Shown here one piece after another: positions 1 to 8,702 of a stretch of 64,000 bases of DNA. The position numbers and the translations under genes are program-made. The DNA is from Candidatus Saccharimonadia bacterium (GTDB lineage: Bacteria; Patescibacteriota; Saccharimonadia; UBA4664; JBBRNT01), in NCBI GenBank assembly GCA_038230095.1, contig JBBRNT010000005.1:18619-82618 (forward strand). Reading direction: 5' to 3'. How positions within the stretch are numbered: the first letter of the stretch is position 1; every line of letters begins with the position of its first letter. Under the pieces are notes generated by a model. It searched no databases. It was given only the letters and a program-made list of their open reading frames with translations, and was not told the origin of the DNA.

Positions 1-409
1 AGGCAATGTAGCGTGTGGATTGCTCTAAATAGGCCATAAGCCTCCCCCACTCAAGTACTTTGGTCAGGATGTTTGAGGCCTGCTCGCAGGCCAAGTGGAC
101 TCCGCCGAGCTGGGCGACTGAGTCGTCACCAAACTCGAAGAAGACCTTCTCGTACATCTGTTCGGCGCGGGCCAGGCCAGCCCTAGTCATGGTCAAACTT
201 TCAGGGTCGAAATCCTTCGCGAACTCGTCCAGGAAGAGTCGGCGCAGACTCTTGTGCGTCCGCGAGTAACGGGCAAAAAGCGCACCGGCGACTACCTGTG
301 GCATGTTGGTGAGCGCGAATACCGGCCCATCCAGATTGGTGAAGAAATGGCGGAGGATGCTCCGCTCGGCAGCGGTGAACTCTTCTTGGTAGTAGGTGGT
401 GCTGGTCAT
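1..409 (-). CDS. thyX: flavin-dependent thymidylate synthase ThyX-like; 5' part only, the gene runs off the left window edge
   Basis: Manual minus-strand translation from the ATG at 409: MTSTTYYQEEFTAAERSILRHFFTNLDGPVFALTNMPQVVAGALFARYSRTHKS...VHLACEQASNILTKVLEWGRLMAYLEQSTRYIA. It resembles the ThyX N-terminal half, including an ARxS motif and the RHR-x7-S..RY signature region (here WGR-x7-S-TRY). The start ATG overlaps the tmk stop (ATGA). It is absent from the ORF track because there is no stop codon in the window. Confidence 0.5.
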   Translation of the reverse strand, partial: MTSTTYYQEEFTAAERSILRHFFTNLDGPVFALTNMPQVVAGALFARYSRTHKSLRRLFLDEFAKDFDPESLTMTRAGLARAEQMYEKVFFEFGDDSVAQLGGVHLACEQASNILTKVLEWGRLMAYLEQSTRYIA

Positions 410-1233
410 GACAGGTCCTTTGTGAGCTGGTGGATAGTGGATAGTGCCTTCTTGGACTGCTGGGCGTCTGTCGCGGCGCGTGAGATGACATACTGATCGT
501 CCTCCAGAGTAATTCCCGCTCCCCAGGCGATAAGCCAGACTATACCCTGCATGATCTCGGCATGAACGGATTGCCGATCACGGTTACCGTCGATACCGCG
601 GTACGAGCCATTAAAACGTGCGAGGTTGCGGTAGCCGTCGTTGACGCGGCGACGAAACTCCAGGCCAGCGTCTTCGTAGCGGTCGGCAACCACACGGTTT
701 TCGAGGGCATCTCTGGCGTGGCCACGTTCGAGCGCGATGTCTAGCGGGATGTCCAGAATGAACTCTATATGTGGCTGCGCGGCTACAATGGCACACATGA
801 CTAGCTGAGTGAAAATGTGCCGAGGATCACCCGGTATGCCGGAGGACGTAAACATGTTCACGAAGCGCGCATCGTCGCGTAGTCCGTGGCCGTATCCCTG
901 AAGTGCGATGGTCGAAGTATAGCTACGATCTGACACGACCCATGTGCCCGCGTCCAGCATTGGCCGGACAACCTTGGCAAGCATATTTGCGCGGGCCGTC
1001 GAAAATCCGAAAACCTCGGCCATTGGGTCGATGGGGTGCGGCGAGTGCTTTAACATCTCGCGCAACTCTTCTGCAAAAGGGTCTCCACCCGGTTCTCGTA
1101 CGTATTGCACACGGATGCCGCGGAGTTTAAGTGCTTCGACAAGCAGATGGGCTTGCTCTGTTTTGCCAGCCCCTTCATCACCTTCGATAACTATATACAT
1201 GCCTTCATCTTGATTGCTGAGACTTCGGATCAT
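406..1233 (-). CDS. tmk: thymidylate kinase with a ~60-aa C-terminal extension
   Basis: P-loop IVIEGDEGAGKTEQ, REPGG motif and DRY-like region; 275 aa, longer than the typical ~210 aa. Confidence 0.85.
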   Translation of the reverse strand: MIRSLSNQDEGMYIVIEGDEGAGKTEQAHLLVEALKLRGIRVQYVREPGGDPFAEELREMLKHSPHPIDPMAEVFGFSTARANMLAKVVRPMLDAGTWVVSDRSYTSTIALQGYGHGLRDDARFVNMFTSSGIPGDPRHIFTQLVMCAIVAAQPHIEFILDIPLDIALERGHARDALENRVVADRYEDAGLEFRRRVNDGYRNLARFNGSYRGIDGNRDRQSVHAEIMQGIVWLIAWGAGITLEDDQYVISRAATDAQQSKKALSTIHQLTKDLS

Positions 1234-1372
1234 GGCGACCGCTTTCTGTTGCGTTCAGATTGTGAATGAGCTACTCCGCCCTTGCTATGTGTATGATACC
1301 TAGAAACCGAACAAAAGCCAAGCACTAGACTCCCTCTATCTGTAATGCGCTCGTCATACTACAATAAAGGCT

Positions 1373-2050
1373 ATGTCGCCAAAGAAGATTACTTTACTAG
1401 CCAGCGCTTCGCTCATTCTCTCAGGGGGGATGGTAAGTGGACTGTGGTACTGGCACGTCCGCTCCCAAGACGAGGCGGAGAGCTCTTCGGCAAGTAGCAA
1501 TACCAATACGCAGGGTAGCCCACGCCTGCAGCCCGCGCCAGGCCCTGACAGTATTAGTCTGAATACTGCGACTAGTAATGCCGGTCAAGCTGGGTCAAGT
1601 ATTCCCATAGATACCTCCACCCCAAGTGGTGGTGGAGCCAAACCAGCCGGTAGTACCCCGCAACCCAGCGGTACGGATCCCAATAAGCCAGATTCAGACT
1701 TCAGCCAGTTTGATCAGTACAAAACTGCTGAGAATGCACTATACCAGGATATTAGCCTTGGTAGCGGCGCAGAGGCTGCCGCTGGTAAACAGCTGACGGT
1801 GAACTACCGTGGGTGGTTGACGACTGGCGCGTTATTTGATGAAAGCTACTCTAAAGGCAAGCCCTTTGTGTTTGTGCCAGGCCAACACCAGGTAATACAG
1901 GGTTGGGAAACGGGGGTTTTGGGTATGAAAATAGGCGGTAAACGCAGATTAATAGTGCCACCAAAAGTGGGCTATGGTGATACAACTCAGGGGCCAATAC
2001 CCGGCGGCTCAGTCCTAGTATTTGATGTTGAGCTGGTCGGTGTTCAGTAG
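1373..2050 (+). CDS. FKBP-type peptidyl-prolyl cis-trans isomerase, membrane-anchored with a Ser/Thr/Pro-rich linker
   Basis: N-terminal TM helix, low-complexity S/T/P/G linker, C-terminal FKBP domain (LTVNYRGWLTTGALFDESY...GWETGVLGMKIGGKRRLIVPPKVGYG...VLVFDVEL). Confidence 0.85.
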   Translation: MSPKKITLLASASLILSGGMVSGLWYWHVRSQDEAESSSASSNTNTQGSPRLQPAPGPDSISLNTATSNAGQAGSSIPIDTSTPSGGGAKPAGSTPQPSGTDPNKPDSDFSQFDQYKTAENALYQDISLGSGAEAAAGKQLTVNYRGWLTTGALFDESYSKGKPFVFVPGQHQVIQGWETGVLGMKIGGKRRLIVPPKVGYGDTTQGPIPGGSVLVFDVELVGVQ

Positions 2051-2101
2051 GTCTATTTGAGCACGATCCGACAAGCGGATCGTGCGCGTAGGAGCAACTG
2101 A

Positions 2102-2920
2102 CTACTCGGCGGTAAAGTCGATGATCTCCAGGGGACGGGGCAACATTCGTGAGGGTAGCCAGTTCGCTATAATCTCGGCCACGTTGGTACCAGTCTGGTA
2201 GTGACCGGAGGTGCCATACGACTGGCCAGATGGCTGCATGCTGAAGAAGATCATCTGGGCAATCGGCTGCCCTACCACCAGAGGCACCGAGACGTCGTTG
2301 TTATTGTTCTTGATTTCCATGGTCCAGCGGGCCACAAAGCCCTCATCGCCCCAGCCGGCATCGTAACAGACGCTAATGGCTAGGCGACCGATCGTGGACT
2401 TAGCGTGCATCATGCTGGTGCCGCCGTACTTGATGCCAATTGACTCCATGGTGTGCCCAAGGATGCGCTCCCCGGGATGAAGTACAATGATCTGCGCATC
2501 TGGTGGGATATTGCTGAGCGGCGAGTGCCCAGTGTGCCGGCACCATTCCTCGTGCGTTAGGGCCGTTTTGGCGTTGCTGAAGCTCTCCTGGATGCTGTCG
2601 GGGTCATACGGGTTCATAATGCGCGAGGGTACATCTGAGCGTGTCGTGCAGTAGCTGGGCCCGAGACGGACGTCAACGCTGCTGGTTTGGACGAGCTGTG
2701 GGTGAAAGGGCTCTATGACGATCTGCCCGGCCTCGCGGGCAGCGATAATCTGAGGGCCGTTCATGACCCCGCCGGTTTGCGCGAGGATGAGCAGAATGAA
2801 GTCCAGGGCGGCTCGGTCATTGGCGGGTTTGAAGAGCGGTTCTTTGCAGAGCATGGCATCGAACAGCCGCTTTAGCTGGGCGATAACCGAAGTATCGTTA
2901 GGAGTGGAGGTATCCGTCAT
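2102..2920 (-). CDS. dcd: dCTP deaminase / dUTPase-family protein with a 52-aa N-terminal extension
   Basis: SVDVRLG, LHPGE, GRLAISV and DAGWGDEG motifs, plus a GHYQTGT (GKYQGQ-like) C-terminal motif. The core begins at internal MNGPQIIAAREAGQIVIEP, but the upstream ATG has a better RBS (AAGGAT). Confidence 0.8.
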   Translation of the reverse strand: MTDTSTPNDTSVIAQLKRLFDAMLCKEPLFKPANDRAALDFILLILAQTGGVMNGPQIIAAREAGQIVIEPFHPQLVQTSSVDVRLGPSYCTTRSDVPSRIMNPYDPDSIQESFSNAKTALTHEEWCRHTGHSPLSNIPPDAQIIVLHPGERILGHTMESIGIKYGGTSMMHAKSTIGRLAISVCYDAGWGDEGFVARWTMEIKNNNNDVSVPLVVGQPIAQMIFFSMQPSGQSYGTSGHYQTGTNVAEIIANWLPSRMLPRPLEIIDFTAE

Positions 2921-2983
2921 ATCATATCCTTATTGTCGAAGGGCGCACCTGTGCTCAGACTAACAGATTGGGCTTTTAATACC

Positions 2984-3013
2984 AAAAAAACCGCCCCTAT
3001 GGGCGGTTTTTTT
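2984..3013. terminator. bidirectional intrinsic terminator (A7-CCGCCC-ctat-GGGCGG-T7) downstream of rplA
   Basis: aaaaaaaccgcccctatgggcggttttttt: a perfect GC stem flanked by an A-run and a T-run. Confidence 0.65.
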
Positions 3014-3028
3014 CTGGAGAAGTCTTAA

Positions 3029-4027
3029 TTACTTCTTGGGATTGGCTTCGGCAATAACCGAAGTGACGTCGAGCTTAATGCCAGGTCCCATGGTGGTTGT
3101 CAGATTGATAGCCTTTACATAGGTGCCCTTAGCAGACGATGGCTTAGCCTTGAGTAAGGCGTTGATGAGGGTACGGGCGTTGTTGAGCAGCTGTGCTTCG
3201 CTAAAGCTGACTTTGCCGATAGCCTGGTGCACAATAGCCTGCTTATCAATACGGTACTCCACGCGACCAGCCTTGGCCTCGGCGACGGCTTTTGCGACAT
3301 CAGCAGTGACGGTACCGCTCTTAGGGTTCGGCATGAGACCCTTAGGTCCTAGAACCTTGGCAACCCGGCCGAGCTTAGCCATCATGTCCGGTGTGGCAAC
3401 CAGCATGTCGAAGTCCAGCTTACCAGCTTCAATGTCGGCCAGAAGTGAGTCGTCTTTGACAATGTCAGCGCCGGCCTTTTTGGCGGCGTCGTGCTTGTCG
3501 GCGGGTGCAATAACTGCCACGCGGATCTTCTTGCCGGTGCCTTCTGGTAGTACCAGGGTGCCACGGATCATTTGGTCGGCCTGGCGGGGATCTACACCCA
3601 GGTTGACGTGCAGCTCTACGCTGGCGTCAAACTTCACCTTAGATGTCTGCTTGGCGAGTGTGACGGCCTCAACTAGCTCGTAGCTCTTGTCGCGGTCAAT
3701 AAGCTCGCTGGCAGCACGCCAGTTCTTGCCATGCATGTGCAGCGGATTGGGCTTGGTCTGGACAGCCTTGGGCTTATCCTCTTCGTCATTGCCCTCGGCA
3801 ACACGAGCTTTGCGCTCAGCTTCCGCTTCGGCTTCTTCAACAGCTTTCTTACTATGCTTGCCGGCTTTGGTGAACTTTACGTCGGCGTCGGACTCCTCGA
3901 CAGGCTCTACAGCAGCAGCAACGTCTTCGGCAACAAGCTCGGCGGCCTCGGTGGCAATTTCTTCAATAATTTCCTGCTCAACTGGCTCGAGCTCGGGTTG
4001 GTTTTCGGTGGACTTGGCCTTAGCCAT
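3029..4027 (-). CDS. rplA: 50S ribosomal protein L1 with a ~95-aa acidic Glu/Ala-rich N-terminal extension
   Basis: L1 core [14 protein letters not shown]...[15 protein letters not shown]. Start set at MAKAKST (ATG at 4027), which is preceded by AAGGAG; the ORF track extends to 4075. Confidence 0.9.
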   Translation of the reverse strand: MAKAKSTENQPELEPVEQEIIEEIATEAAELVAEDVAAAVEPVEESDADVKFTKAGKHSKKAVEEAEAEAERKARVAEGNDEEDKPKAVQTKPNPLHMHGKNWRAASELIDRDKSYELVEAVTLAKQTSKVKFDASVELHVNLGVDPRQADQMIRGTLVLPEGTGKKIRVAVIAPADKHDAAKKAGADIVKDDSLLADIEAGKLDFDMLVATPDMMAKLGRVAKVLGPKGLMPNPKSGTVTADVAKAVAEAKAGRVEYRIDKQAIVHQAIGKVSFSEAQLLNNARTLINALLKAKPSSAKGTYVKAINLTTTMGPGIKLDVTSVIAEANPKK

Positions 4028-4086
4028 AATTAACTCCTTCGTGGTTCCAGCGTCCTGCGTAAGCGGGACTCCCACATCAACTAATA
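4028..4086 (-). promoter_or_regulatory. candidate L1-binding autoregulatory leader upstream of rplA (copy 2 of a duplicated motif)
   Basis: Minus strand: gttgatgtgggagtcccgcttacgcaggacgctggaaccacgaaggagttaattATG. It shares TGATGTGGGAG(A/T)CCCGC ... ACCACGAAGGAG with the rplK leader. GUGGGAG resembles the 23S rRNA L1-binding site as recalled from memory. Confidence 0.35.
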
Positions 4087-4518
4087 TTATTCTTCGACGG
4101 TAATGCCCATGCTGCGCGCTTGGCCGGCAATGATCTTGGCAGCGGCAACAATGTCATTGGCGTTGAGATCTTGCATCTTCATTTCGGCAATCTCATTGAC
4201 TTGGGCCTTCGTTAGACTGGCAACCTTGGTCTTGTTCGGAACGCCAGAGCCCTTCTCGACACCGGCAGCTTTGCGGATAAGACCAGCGGCTGGGGGCGTA
4301 GAAGTAGTAAACGAGAAAGTCCGGTCAACGTAGACGGTGATCTTAACGGGGACAATAACGTCGCCAAAGCCCTTGGTCTGCTCGTTGAAGGCGTTAATGA
4401 ACTCCATCATGTTCAGACCGTGCTGACCCAGGGTGGATCCCACGGGAGGGGCTGGTGTAGCCTTGCCGGCCATTACTCGGAACTTGATGCGGGCTTTAAT
4501 TGCTTTTGGTTCTGCCAT
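4087..4518 (-). CDS. rplK: 50S ribosomal protein L11
   Basis: [40 protein letters not shown]...; start at the ATG at 4518, preceded by AAGGAG. Confidence 0.92.
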   Translation of the reverse strand: MAEPKAIKARIKFRVMAGKATPAPPVGSTLGQHGLNMMEFINAFNEQTKGFGDVIVPVKITVYVDRTFSFTTSTPPAAGLIRKAAGVEKGSGVPNKTKVASLTKAQVNEIAEMKMQDLNANDIVAAAKIIAGQARSMGITVEE

Positions 4519-4577
4519 AGTATCTCCTTCGTGGTGCAAACGATCCGCCGGGGCGGGTCTCCCACATCATTTATTAA
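4519..4577 (-). promoter_or_regulatory. candidate L1-binding autoregulatory leader upstream of rplK (copy 1)
   Basis: Minus strand: aaatgatgtgggagacccgccccggcggatcgtttgcaccacgaaggagatactATG; the motif is shared with the rplA leader. Confidence 0.35.
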
Positions 4578-5114
4578 TTACAGTTTCTTGACCTGGAGGC
4601 TGTCGAGCTCCACGGGTGTCTCGCGACCGAACATGTTTACGAGGACCTTGATCTTGCCCTTGTTCTCGTCAATCTCATTGACCATACCGTCGAAGCCCTT
4701 GAAGGGACCGTCAGTAATGTTGACCGACTCGCCAATGCTGAAGTCAATGTTGTACTTCGGCTCCTCAACTCCCATGCGCTTCTGGATATGACGGACCTCA
4801 TCTGGGCTGATTGGGGTAGGTGTAGTGCCTGAGCCAACAAAGCCGGTAACGTTTGGTGTGTTACGGACAACGTACCAAGAGTCCTCGGTAACGTCCATTT
4901 GAACCAGCACGTAGCCTGGGAATATGCGGCGCTCAACAATGCGGCGCTTGCCGTTCTTAATCTCGATTTGATTTTCCTTAGGGACAATCACGTCGAATAT
5001 CTTGTCGGCCATATCCATGGTCTCAATACGCTGGCGGAGGTTTTCGGAGACACGATCCTCATAGCCCGAATAGGTATGGATAACGTACCACTGCTGTTTT
5101 GTGTCTTTGGACAT
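4578..5114 (-). CDS. nusG: transcription termination/antitermination factor NusG
   Basis: NGN domain WYVIHTYSGYE plus a KOW domain (FSIGESVNITDGPFKGFDGMV). Confidence 0.92.
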   Translation of the reverse strand: MSKDTKQQWYVIHTYSGYEDRVSENLRQRIETMDMADKIFDVIVPKENQIEIKNGKRRIVERRIFPGYVLVQMDVTEDSWYVVRNTPNVTGFVGSGTTPTPISPDEVRHIQKRMGVEEPKYNIDFSIGESVNITDGPFKGFDGMVNEIDENKGKIKVLVNMFGRETPVELDSLQVKKL

Positions 5115-5115
5115 A

Positions 5116-5304
5116 CTAACCCTTCAAGATTATTCGTTGCAAAATGGTCGTGAAAACGTAGTCAAGACCGGCGATGAAAAAGGCGATGACCAGTGAGAAA
5201 ACGATCACGGTCAGAGTCATTTGGGCGGCGGCTTTGCGGGTGGGCCAATTGACCTTCATGAGCTCGGCTCTGGCCTCACGGAAATACGCGACGATGCTGT
5301 TCAT
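5116..5304 (-). CDS. secE: preprotein translocase subunit SecE
   Basis: 62 aa, single TM; FREARAELMKVNWPTRKA...; canonical position upstream of nusG. Confidence 0.8.
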   Translation of the reverse strand: MNSIVAYFREARAELMKVNWPTRKAAAQMTLTVIVFSLVIAFFIAGLDYVFTTILQRIILKG

Positions 5305-5344
5305 ATCTACTCCTCTACAGCTAGTATCTCAGATACTGCCCAAT

Positions 5345-5370
5345 CAAAAAAGCCTCCTAGGAGCCTTTAG
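5345..5370 (-). terminator. possible intrinsic terminator downstream of the 5408..6982 gene
   Basis: Minus-strand aaaggctcctaggaggctttttt: a palindromic core ctcctaggag, imperfect outer pairs and a U6 tail. Confidence 0.3.
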
Positions 5371-5407
5371 TCAAATTATAGCCTTTGGGAGCCAAAAGTC
5401 AAGCAGT

Positions 5408-6982
5408 TTAGCGCCAAACAAACCAGAAGCCAGCGCCGTTGCCCACACCTGTAAGTAGTGGGCCACCCAGGAGCCAGACCGCTACTACGGCCCCACCGGC
5501 AAGCAACATAAGGCTGAGTCCGAGAATGATTGCCGGGGCGAGCTGAGCGCGGCTATCATTACGGCCAAGCGTAAGGGCAACTAGGGCGTCTGGCAGGTGT
5601 GCTGCTACGGCTTCGCGATAGGCGTGGAGCCACAGAACAACAACGTAGACCAGGACGTAGTGGTAGGCAACGCCAATAGCAACGATAGAAACGAATAGAA
5701 TAAGGCTGAGATAGGTGGCTAGGTCGCCAATGGTGCCCAGAGTGACGGCCGCAGTGCCGATGATTGCAAGCGCGAGGAGACCTACGCCCAAAACTACTGC
5801 AAGTGATAGTGCGGCCACACCCAGAGTATGGCGCCGCCTAGCGCGGTAGAGCCGGCCACCGACCTTCCAGGCTGCCAGGGGGCTGAGAGCCCCAAGAACC
5901 ACCGCTTGGCTGCTATAGACTGTTCGTGCCCCCACCGCGATTGCTAGTAGAAGCGCCGCGCCACCACCGACTGCCTGCACCGCGTACTGAACAACAGCAC
6001 CGTAGCCTAGGGTAGGTGCGAGGTACACGATAGCAATGCCGGCCGTTATAACGGGTATTACCAAGACTGCGCCAAGTAAGTCGACGCCAATGAGCCCGGG
6101 AAGGGAGTTCCAGGCAGCTACTGACCAATCACCAGGGTCTACCGGTCGCTCATCAAGCTGTTTCGCGTAGCCATGCGTCAGGGCCGCCAATGCCCACACC
6201 TTAGTTAAAATACCAAGAACGCCATAGCCTACTACAGCAATAAGGCCGATAAGCCCCAGGTGCGTTGCTAGGCCGGTTTTGGAGGCAACAAGTAGCGACC
6301 AGAGCATGCCGGCGGAGTGACGACTCCAGGTGAGGGACTGCCCCCGGATTGAACCAAGCTTAATGGCGAACCACAGTGCAGCGGGTACGGCGACAACAAT
6401 AGTGGCGGTTAGTCCAAATCGTCGACCAACTGGGCTCGAACTATGGTGGTGGGCTAGACTGTGCGCCCCGCTGAGCGCCATCATGGGCCCGTGACCGGTA
6501 TTGATACGTCCATGGGGCGAAGTGCTACTCGATCTCGCGGTGCCCATAAGTGGCTTGCTTGGGCTAGCGTGCGGTAGGAGGGCAGGAACCGGTAAGACAG
6601 TGGGCAGAGCTGGGCCAGCGGGACTACCAAAACTTCCGGTAGCCCGAGGCCGCGGACGGGCAGCTGCAGGCTGGCTCTTGGGAGTGCTCATGCTGTCTAC
6701 CATGGGCTGAGGGGAGGACTGGGGACTGGGGGCTGGGACTTTTGGCAGGGGTTTTAGCGCCGGGTGCTCGCTGGGTGTGAGCTTGGCGGGCGAAGTGAGC
6801 GTGCGTTCATGAGCGGTTGGGCCAGTAGTAATAGTAACCGCCGCCGGCGTGGGTAGCTTGGGTACTGCCGGTGCTGGTTGGGCAGTTACCGGTTTTTCGG
6901 GTATAAGGAATCCGCAATTCAGGCAGAAGCTTTGACCCTGAATTGCAACATTATCATCGGCCTGACAGTTTGGACAAACCAT
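5408..6982 (-). CDS. hypothetical protein: N-terminal zinc ribbon, Pro-rich linker and a polytopic (about 10 TM) membrane domain
   Basis: MVCPNCQ...CLNCG CxxC..CxxC motif; ~150 aa of P/S/A-rich linker; then many hydrophobic helices. Confidence 0.6.
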   Translation of the reverse strand: MVCPNCQADDNVAIQGQSFCLNCGFLIPEKPVTAQPAPAVPKLPTPAAVTITTGPTAHERTLTSPAKLTPSEHPALKPLPKVPAPSPQSSPQPMVDSMSTPKSQPAAARPRPRATGSFGSPAGPALPTVLPVPALLPHASPSKPLMGTARSSSTSPHGRINTGHGPMMALSGAHSLAHHHSSSPVGRRFGLTATIVVAVPAALWFAIKLGSIRGQSLTWSRHSAGMLWSLLVASKTGLATHLGLIGLIAVVGYGVLGILTKVWALAALTHGYAKQLDERPVDPGDWSVAAWNSLPGLIGVDLLGAVLVIPVITAGIAIVYLAPTLGYGAVVQYAVQAVGGGAALLLAIAVGARTVYSSQAVVLGALSPLAAWKVGGRLYRARRRHTLGVAALSLAVVLGVGLLALAIIGTAAVTLGTIGDLATYLSLILFVSIVAIGVAYHYVLVYVVVLWLHAYREAVAAHLPDALVALTLGRNDSRAQLAPAIILGLSLMLLAGGAVVAVWLLGGPLLTGVGNGAGFWFVWR

Positions 6983-7070
6983 TAGCTTTATTAAACCATT
7001 TTATTGCCTAAGCTAGCAAGAATAACGCTCTGCCAAGAGCAGAAACGTCTGGCTGGCCGGGATAAGATGG

Positions 7071-7484
7071 CTAGGCGTGACGCGTGGCGTAGTGCTTCTT
7101 AATGTGACGCACGGTCAGAGCATAGTAGAGCATATAAAGGACAATAATGGTTGCAAGGGAACCCCCGGTGATCCAGCTCACATAGTCGGGGGCGTTTGGA
7201 TCTTCCGGTGCGCTATCGGCCTCACCTGCTAGATAGGTGGTGACAGTAAGCTTGTCGGCGGTTGGCTGAAGCGTATTAAGATTGGGGGCAGACAGGGACT
7301 CGCTCTGTCTGTCTGCTATAGCCTGGAGCGCCTGCGAGGAGCCGGACTGTAACATGCTGGAGTCGAGAGACTGGTTGGCCGCAGCAGGAGTAGACGCTGC
7401 CGGACCTAGATCCGAAGCTGCATCGGCCAGGCAGAGAGCCGGGACGGTGCTAAGGGCAATAATAATTAGCAATCGAGGTAGCAT
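7071..7484 (-). CDS. hypothetical secreted protein with a signal peptide and a C-terminal TM anchor plus basic tail
   Basis: MLPRLLIIIALSTVPALCLA signal peptide; C-terminal LATIIVLYMLYYALTVRHIKKHYATRHA. Confidence 0.5.
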   Translation of the reverse strand: MLPRLLIIIALSTVPALCLADAASDLGPAASTPAAANQSLDSSMLQSGSSQALQAIADRQSESLSAPNLNTLQPTADKLTVTTYLAGEADSAPEDPNAPDYVSWITGGSLATIIVLYMLYYALTVRHIKKHYATRHA

Positions 7485-7516
7485 TAGCTTATCTTAGCGC
7501 GCCTGGGAGGAGTTGG

Positions 7517-8248
7517 CTATGGTTTTCGCGGTCCTGTGGGTCCGAAACGCTCGGTCTTGATGCTCTCTGGCGCGTAGCCCACCTCCACCAGCTTACTGCT
7601 CACTGCCTCTACGAATGGCGTTGGCCCGCAGATGAAGAACTGCTTGCTTTCCCCTACCGTCTCATGCAGCATTTCGGCATCAAAGATACGCCGATACCCT
7701 GTCCAGCCTTCTGGCGCTACATTGGTGAAGCTAAGAAAAGTGTTGGGATCGTCCCATAGAGCGGCATACATGAGCGACTCGGGCTGCCGGACGCTGTAGA
7801 GGACACGCATAGGCGCGGGCGTGGCGGCTTGCTGGTGAGTACGCCACATGGCAACAAGTGGCACAATACCGGAGCCGCCGCCCAGAAGCATGGTGGGAGT
7901 GGGATCCTCGGGATGCCAGGTGAAGTAGTGACTACCGGCTAGTTTTATCTCCAGCTGCATCCCTGGCTTGGCGTAGCTACCTAGGTAACCAGAGACTTCA
8001 CCCCCCTCTAGTACTTGCACTCCCAGATCAAAAAACATACTGCCGTCGTCGGCGCTGGCTATAGAATAGGCGCGCACAGCCTGGTAGCCGTCCTCACCCG
8101 TCAGTCGGACGTCCAGGTGCTGGCCCGCTAAGTGTGGGGGCTTGTTCTCCAGCTGCAAACGCAGGCCTATAGCCTCGCCACTCTCTTGCCAGCGATCGGC
8201 AATGGTAGCTATCTGCCAGTCGTGATGGGTCTCATTACTCAAGCTCAA
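7517..8248 (-). CDS. FNR-like FAD/NAD(P)-binding oxidoreductase (ferredoxin/flavodoxin reductase family)
   Basis: RAYSIAS (RxYS FAD-binding motif) and LLGGGSGIVP (NAD-binding motif). Confidence 0.75.
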   Translation of the reverse strand: MSLSNETHHDWQIATIADRWQESGEAIGLRLQLENKPPHLAGQHLDVRLTGEDGYQAVRAYSIASADDGSMFFDLGVQVLEGGEVSGYLGSYAKPGMQLEIKLAGSHYFTWHPEDPTPTMLLGGGSGIVPLVAMWRTHQQAATPAPMRVLYSVRQPESLMYAALWDDPNTFLSFTNVAPEGWTGYRRIFDAEMLHETVGESKQFFICGPTPFVEAVSSKLVEVGYAPESIKTERFGPTGPRKP

Positions 8249-8702
8249 GGACTAGCTCCTTTACTCGTTCCTTAATGTCGTCGCGGGTAATGCGTGTCTG
8301 ATCGCGATCAAAATCGACGGGATCTGACATGGACCACTCGATAACGTCTGGTTCGCCCTGGAGCCAGTCTGGCCACTCATTGGTTGGCGCCAGAACTACC
8401 ACTAGATCGAAGTTAGCCAGATCTGATTCATGGAGCTGTTGGCGCACGCAGTGGCGAATGTCTATACCCTCCTCGTCCATAACTGCGATAGTGTCGTTGG
8501 CGCGAGGTGCTTCGTCCAGTGTCTTGCCAGGCTGCTCGACGGCGTAGCCCCGGGACTCAGCCGGCATGTCTGTCAGATCCTGATAGAGTGCTGCTGCCAT
8601 CTGGCTGCGCCCGGTATTGGCCCTGCAGACGAACAGAATACGAACGCTAGTCGCCACTGTACCGCTCTTCTTTCCAGGGGTCACCGTGATTGTTGTAGCC
8701 AT
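8235..8702 (-). CDS. low-molecular-weight phosphotyrosine phosphatase / ArsC-family protein; start uncertain
   Basis: CX5R(S) P-loop ILFVCRANTGRSQMAAAL. The ATG at 8702 would overlap the upstream gene by 56 nt. An in-frame GTG at 8657 is an alternative start. Confidence 0.7.
   Translation of the reverse strand: MATTITVTPGKKSGTVATSVRILFVCRANTGRSQMAAALYQDLTDMPAESRGYAVEQPGKTLDEAPRANDTIAVMDEEGIDIRHCVRQQLHESDLANFDLVVVLAPTNEWPDWLQGEPDVIEWSMSDPVDFDRDQTRITRDDIKERVKELVLELE

Noticed and set aside
3123-4103. Long + strand ORFs (186, 138 and 100 aa) antisense to rplA
   Set aside because: They are antisense shadows of a highly conserved gene, with Ser/Ala/Leu-rich translations. The same applies to the many antisense ORFs inside rpoB, rpoC, fusA, secY and the r-protein genes.
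7071-7484. An LPXTG sortase substrate
   Set aside because: A C-terminal hydrophobic segment plus basic tail is present, but there is no LPXTG-like motif upstream. It is kept as a generic anchored secreted protein.
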